NCBI RefSeq assembly: GCF_030684315.1
Contig: NC_081379.1
Span: 29,031,947-29,095,946, forward strand
Reading direction: 5' to 3'
From: Stegostoma tigrinum
Taxonomy: Eukaryota
DNA length: 64,000 nucleotides
This document shows, piece after piece, positions 62,600-64,000 of this stretch. Below the pieces are notes generated by a model. That model was not told where the DNA came from and did no database searches. It saw nothing but the letters and a program-made list of their open reading frames with translations. The position numbers were made by a program, and so were the translations under genes. The number at the start of each line of letters is the position of its first letter. Position 1 is the first letter of the stretch.

Positions 62600-63760
62600 G
62601 AAGACAGAATTACAGTGAGAGAATGTAAATGGCAAAAGCATGGTATTCCGAATGAATCATCAAGTAAGGCCACATGGGTTGAGCTCACAGTGAAATAAAT
62701 AAGACATCTAAACAGATAGGAGTGTATTTATAGATCCCCAAATAGTGGGAGATAGACCAGCAAAATTCTGCATGCAATAAACAAGGGAAAAATAGCTGGA
62801 GGTTTCATCTACCCTACATTAACTGGGATATAAAGAGTGTGAAAATCACAGAGCACAAGATTCTTGAGCTGCATTTTGGCGAATGTTTTTCGTGCATAAG
62901 CAGCCCAATTAAAGAGGGTGCATCCGTAGATTTAGCCTTGCATAAAAATTGATCATGAATCCACGGTTGATGTTAAAAAAAAATCTATCTGGTTCACTAA
63001 TGTCCTTTATGGAAGGAAACGCCAAAGGTTACCTGGTTTAGACTAAATGACTTCCGGCCCACAGCAACATGGTTGACTGTGAACTGCCCTCTAGGCAATA
63101 AATGCTGGCCCTGCCTGTGACACCCTCATCCCATGAATGAAAAAAATACAGAAACAAAGAAGATTGGAGCAGGATTGTGCCATTTGAGCCCTTGAGACAG
63201 CTAAGGCAAATGGTTACAATCATGGCTGATCAACATGCTAATAGGAAACTGGATGAAGTTGCAGAATCTAGCATTTTGGAGATAGTGACTATAATAGCCA
63301 CATATATTGTTATTGTAAATGACATGGCAGAACAGGAGTATAAGTTCTAAATTGGGGAAGAAAACTTTACAAAATTGAAGTGATCTGATGAAAATGACTG
63401 GATCCAGTTATTGGAAGGGGGAAAAAAAATCAGTGACAAGTATTGTGGGAGGCATTCAAAAGTGAAGTTCTACAGACGTAGTGTAGATGTGACCCCACCA
63501 AAAAAAGGTAGTATTCCCTAATCTAGCATTCCTCGTTTTCCAGAAACATACAGGGTAAGTCATAAGCTTCTTTTTCTGCTTTAGAAGTCACAAAATAACT
63601 TCATACTGTGGAATGTCTAGGAGTACAGAAAGTACAATGAAGCAAAAAAGAAAAATCAAGAAAGCAAGCGGATGTAGAAAAACATTGGCAGGTAAATTCA
63701 AGGGAAAGCGAAACATATTTTAATAGTACGTTAAGTAGCTGGGAGGAAGTTGTCTTGGGA
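62600..63760 (+). mobile_element. Very decayed CR1 endonuclease/linker region with nested repeats
   Basis: IGVYL*IPNSGR, GGFHYPTLTG and LGDSDYN-like remnants. Confidence 0.5.
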
Positions 63761-64000
63761 GTCCTCAACATAGACTCCAGACCCCATGAAGTCTTACAGC
63801 ATCAGGTGAAACATGGGTAAGGAAACTTGCTTCTGGTTATCACGTACCGTGCTCCCTCAGCTGATGAATCAGTACTCCTCCATGTTGAACACCTGGTGGA
63901 AGCACAGAAGGTAAAAAGAGCCCAAAATGTACTCCAGGTGGGGTTTTCAATGTCCACCACCAAGAGTGACTCAGCGGCAGCACTACTGATTGGGTCGCAT

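Overview
Vertebrate (cartilaginous-fish-like, probably shark, judged from HE1-type SINEs and CR1/Penelope repeat content) genomic DNA, not prokaryotic. It holds three complete spliced genes in the human 12q23-24 arrangement: ISCU (- strand, 5 coding exons, 151 aa), SART3 (+ strand, 19 coding exons, 922 aa), which shares a ~600 bp bidirectional CpG promoter with ISCU, and FICD (- strand, 2 coding exons, 436 aa), tail-to-tail with SART3. There are also two intact tRNA genes (Ala-TGC, Asp-GTC), many decayed CR1 LINEs, HE1-like and Deu/SacSINE-like SINEs, Penelope-like (GIY-YIG) remnants and a 201-N gap. The most striking unexplained structure is a set of short asymmetric fold-back (hairpin) insertions built from Penelope terminal repeats. 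They carry minimal hammerhead-ribozyme cores (CTGANGA-stem-GAAA-CGTC) and 11-16 bp target-site duplications, occur as at least two unrelated families, and include a ~320 bp retrozyme-like mini-element. Comparisons with human genes and repeat families are from memory, not from searches.
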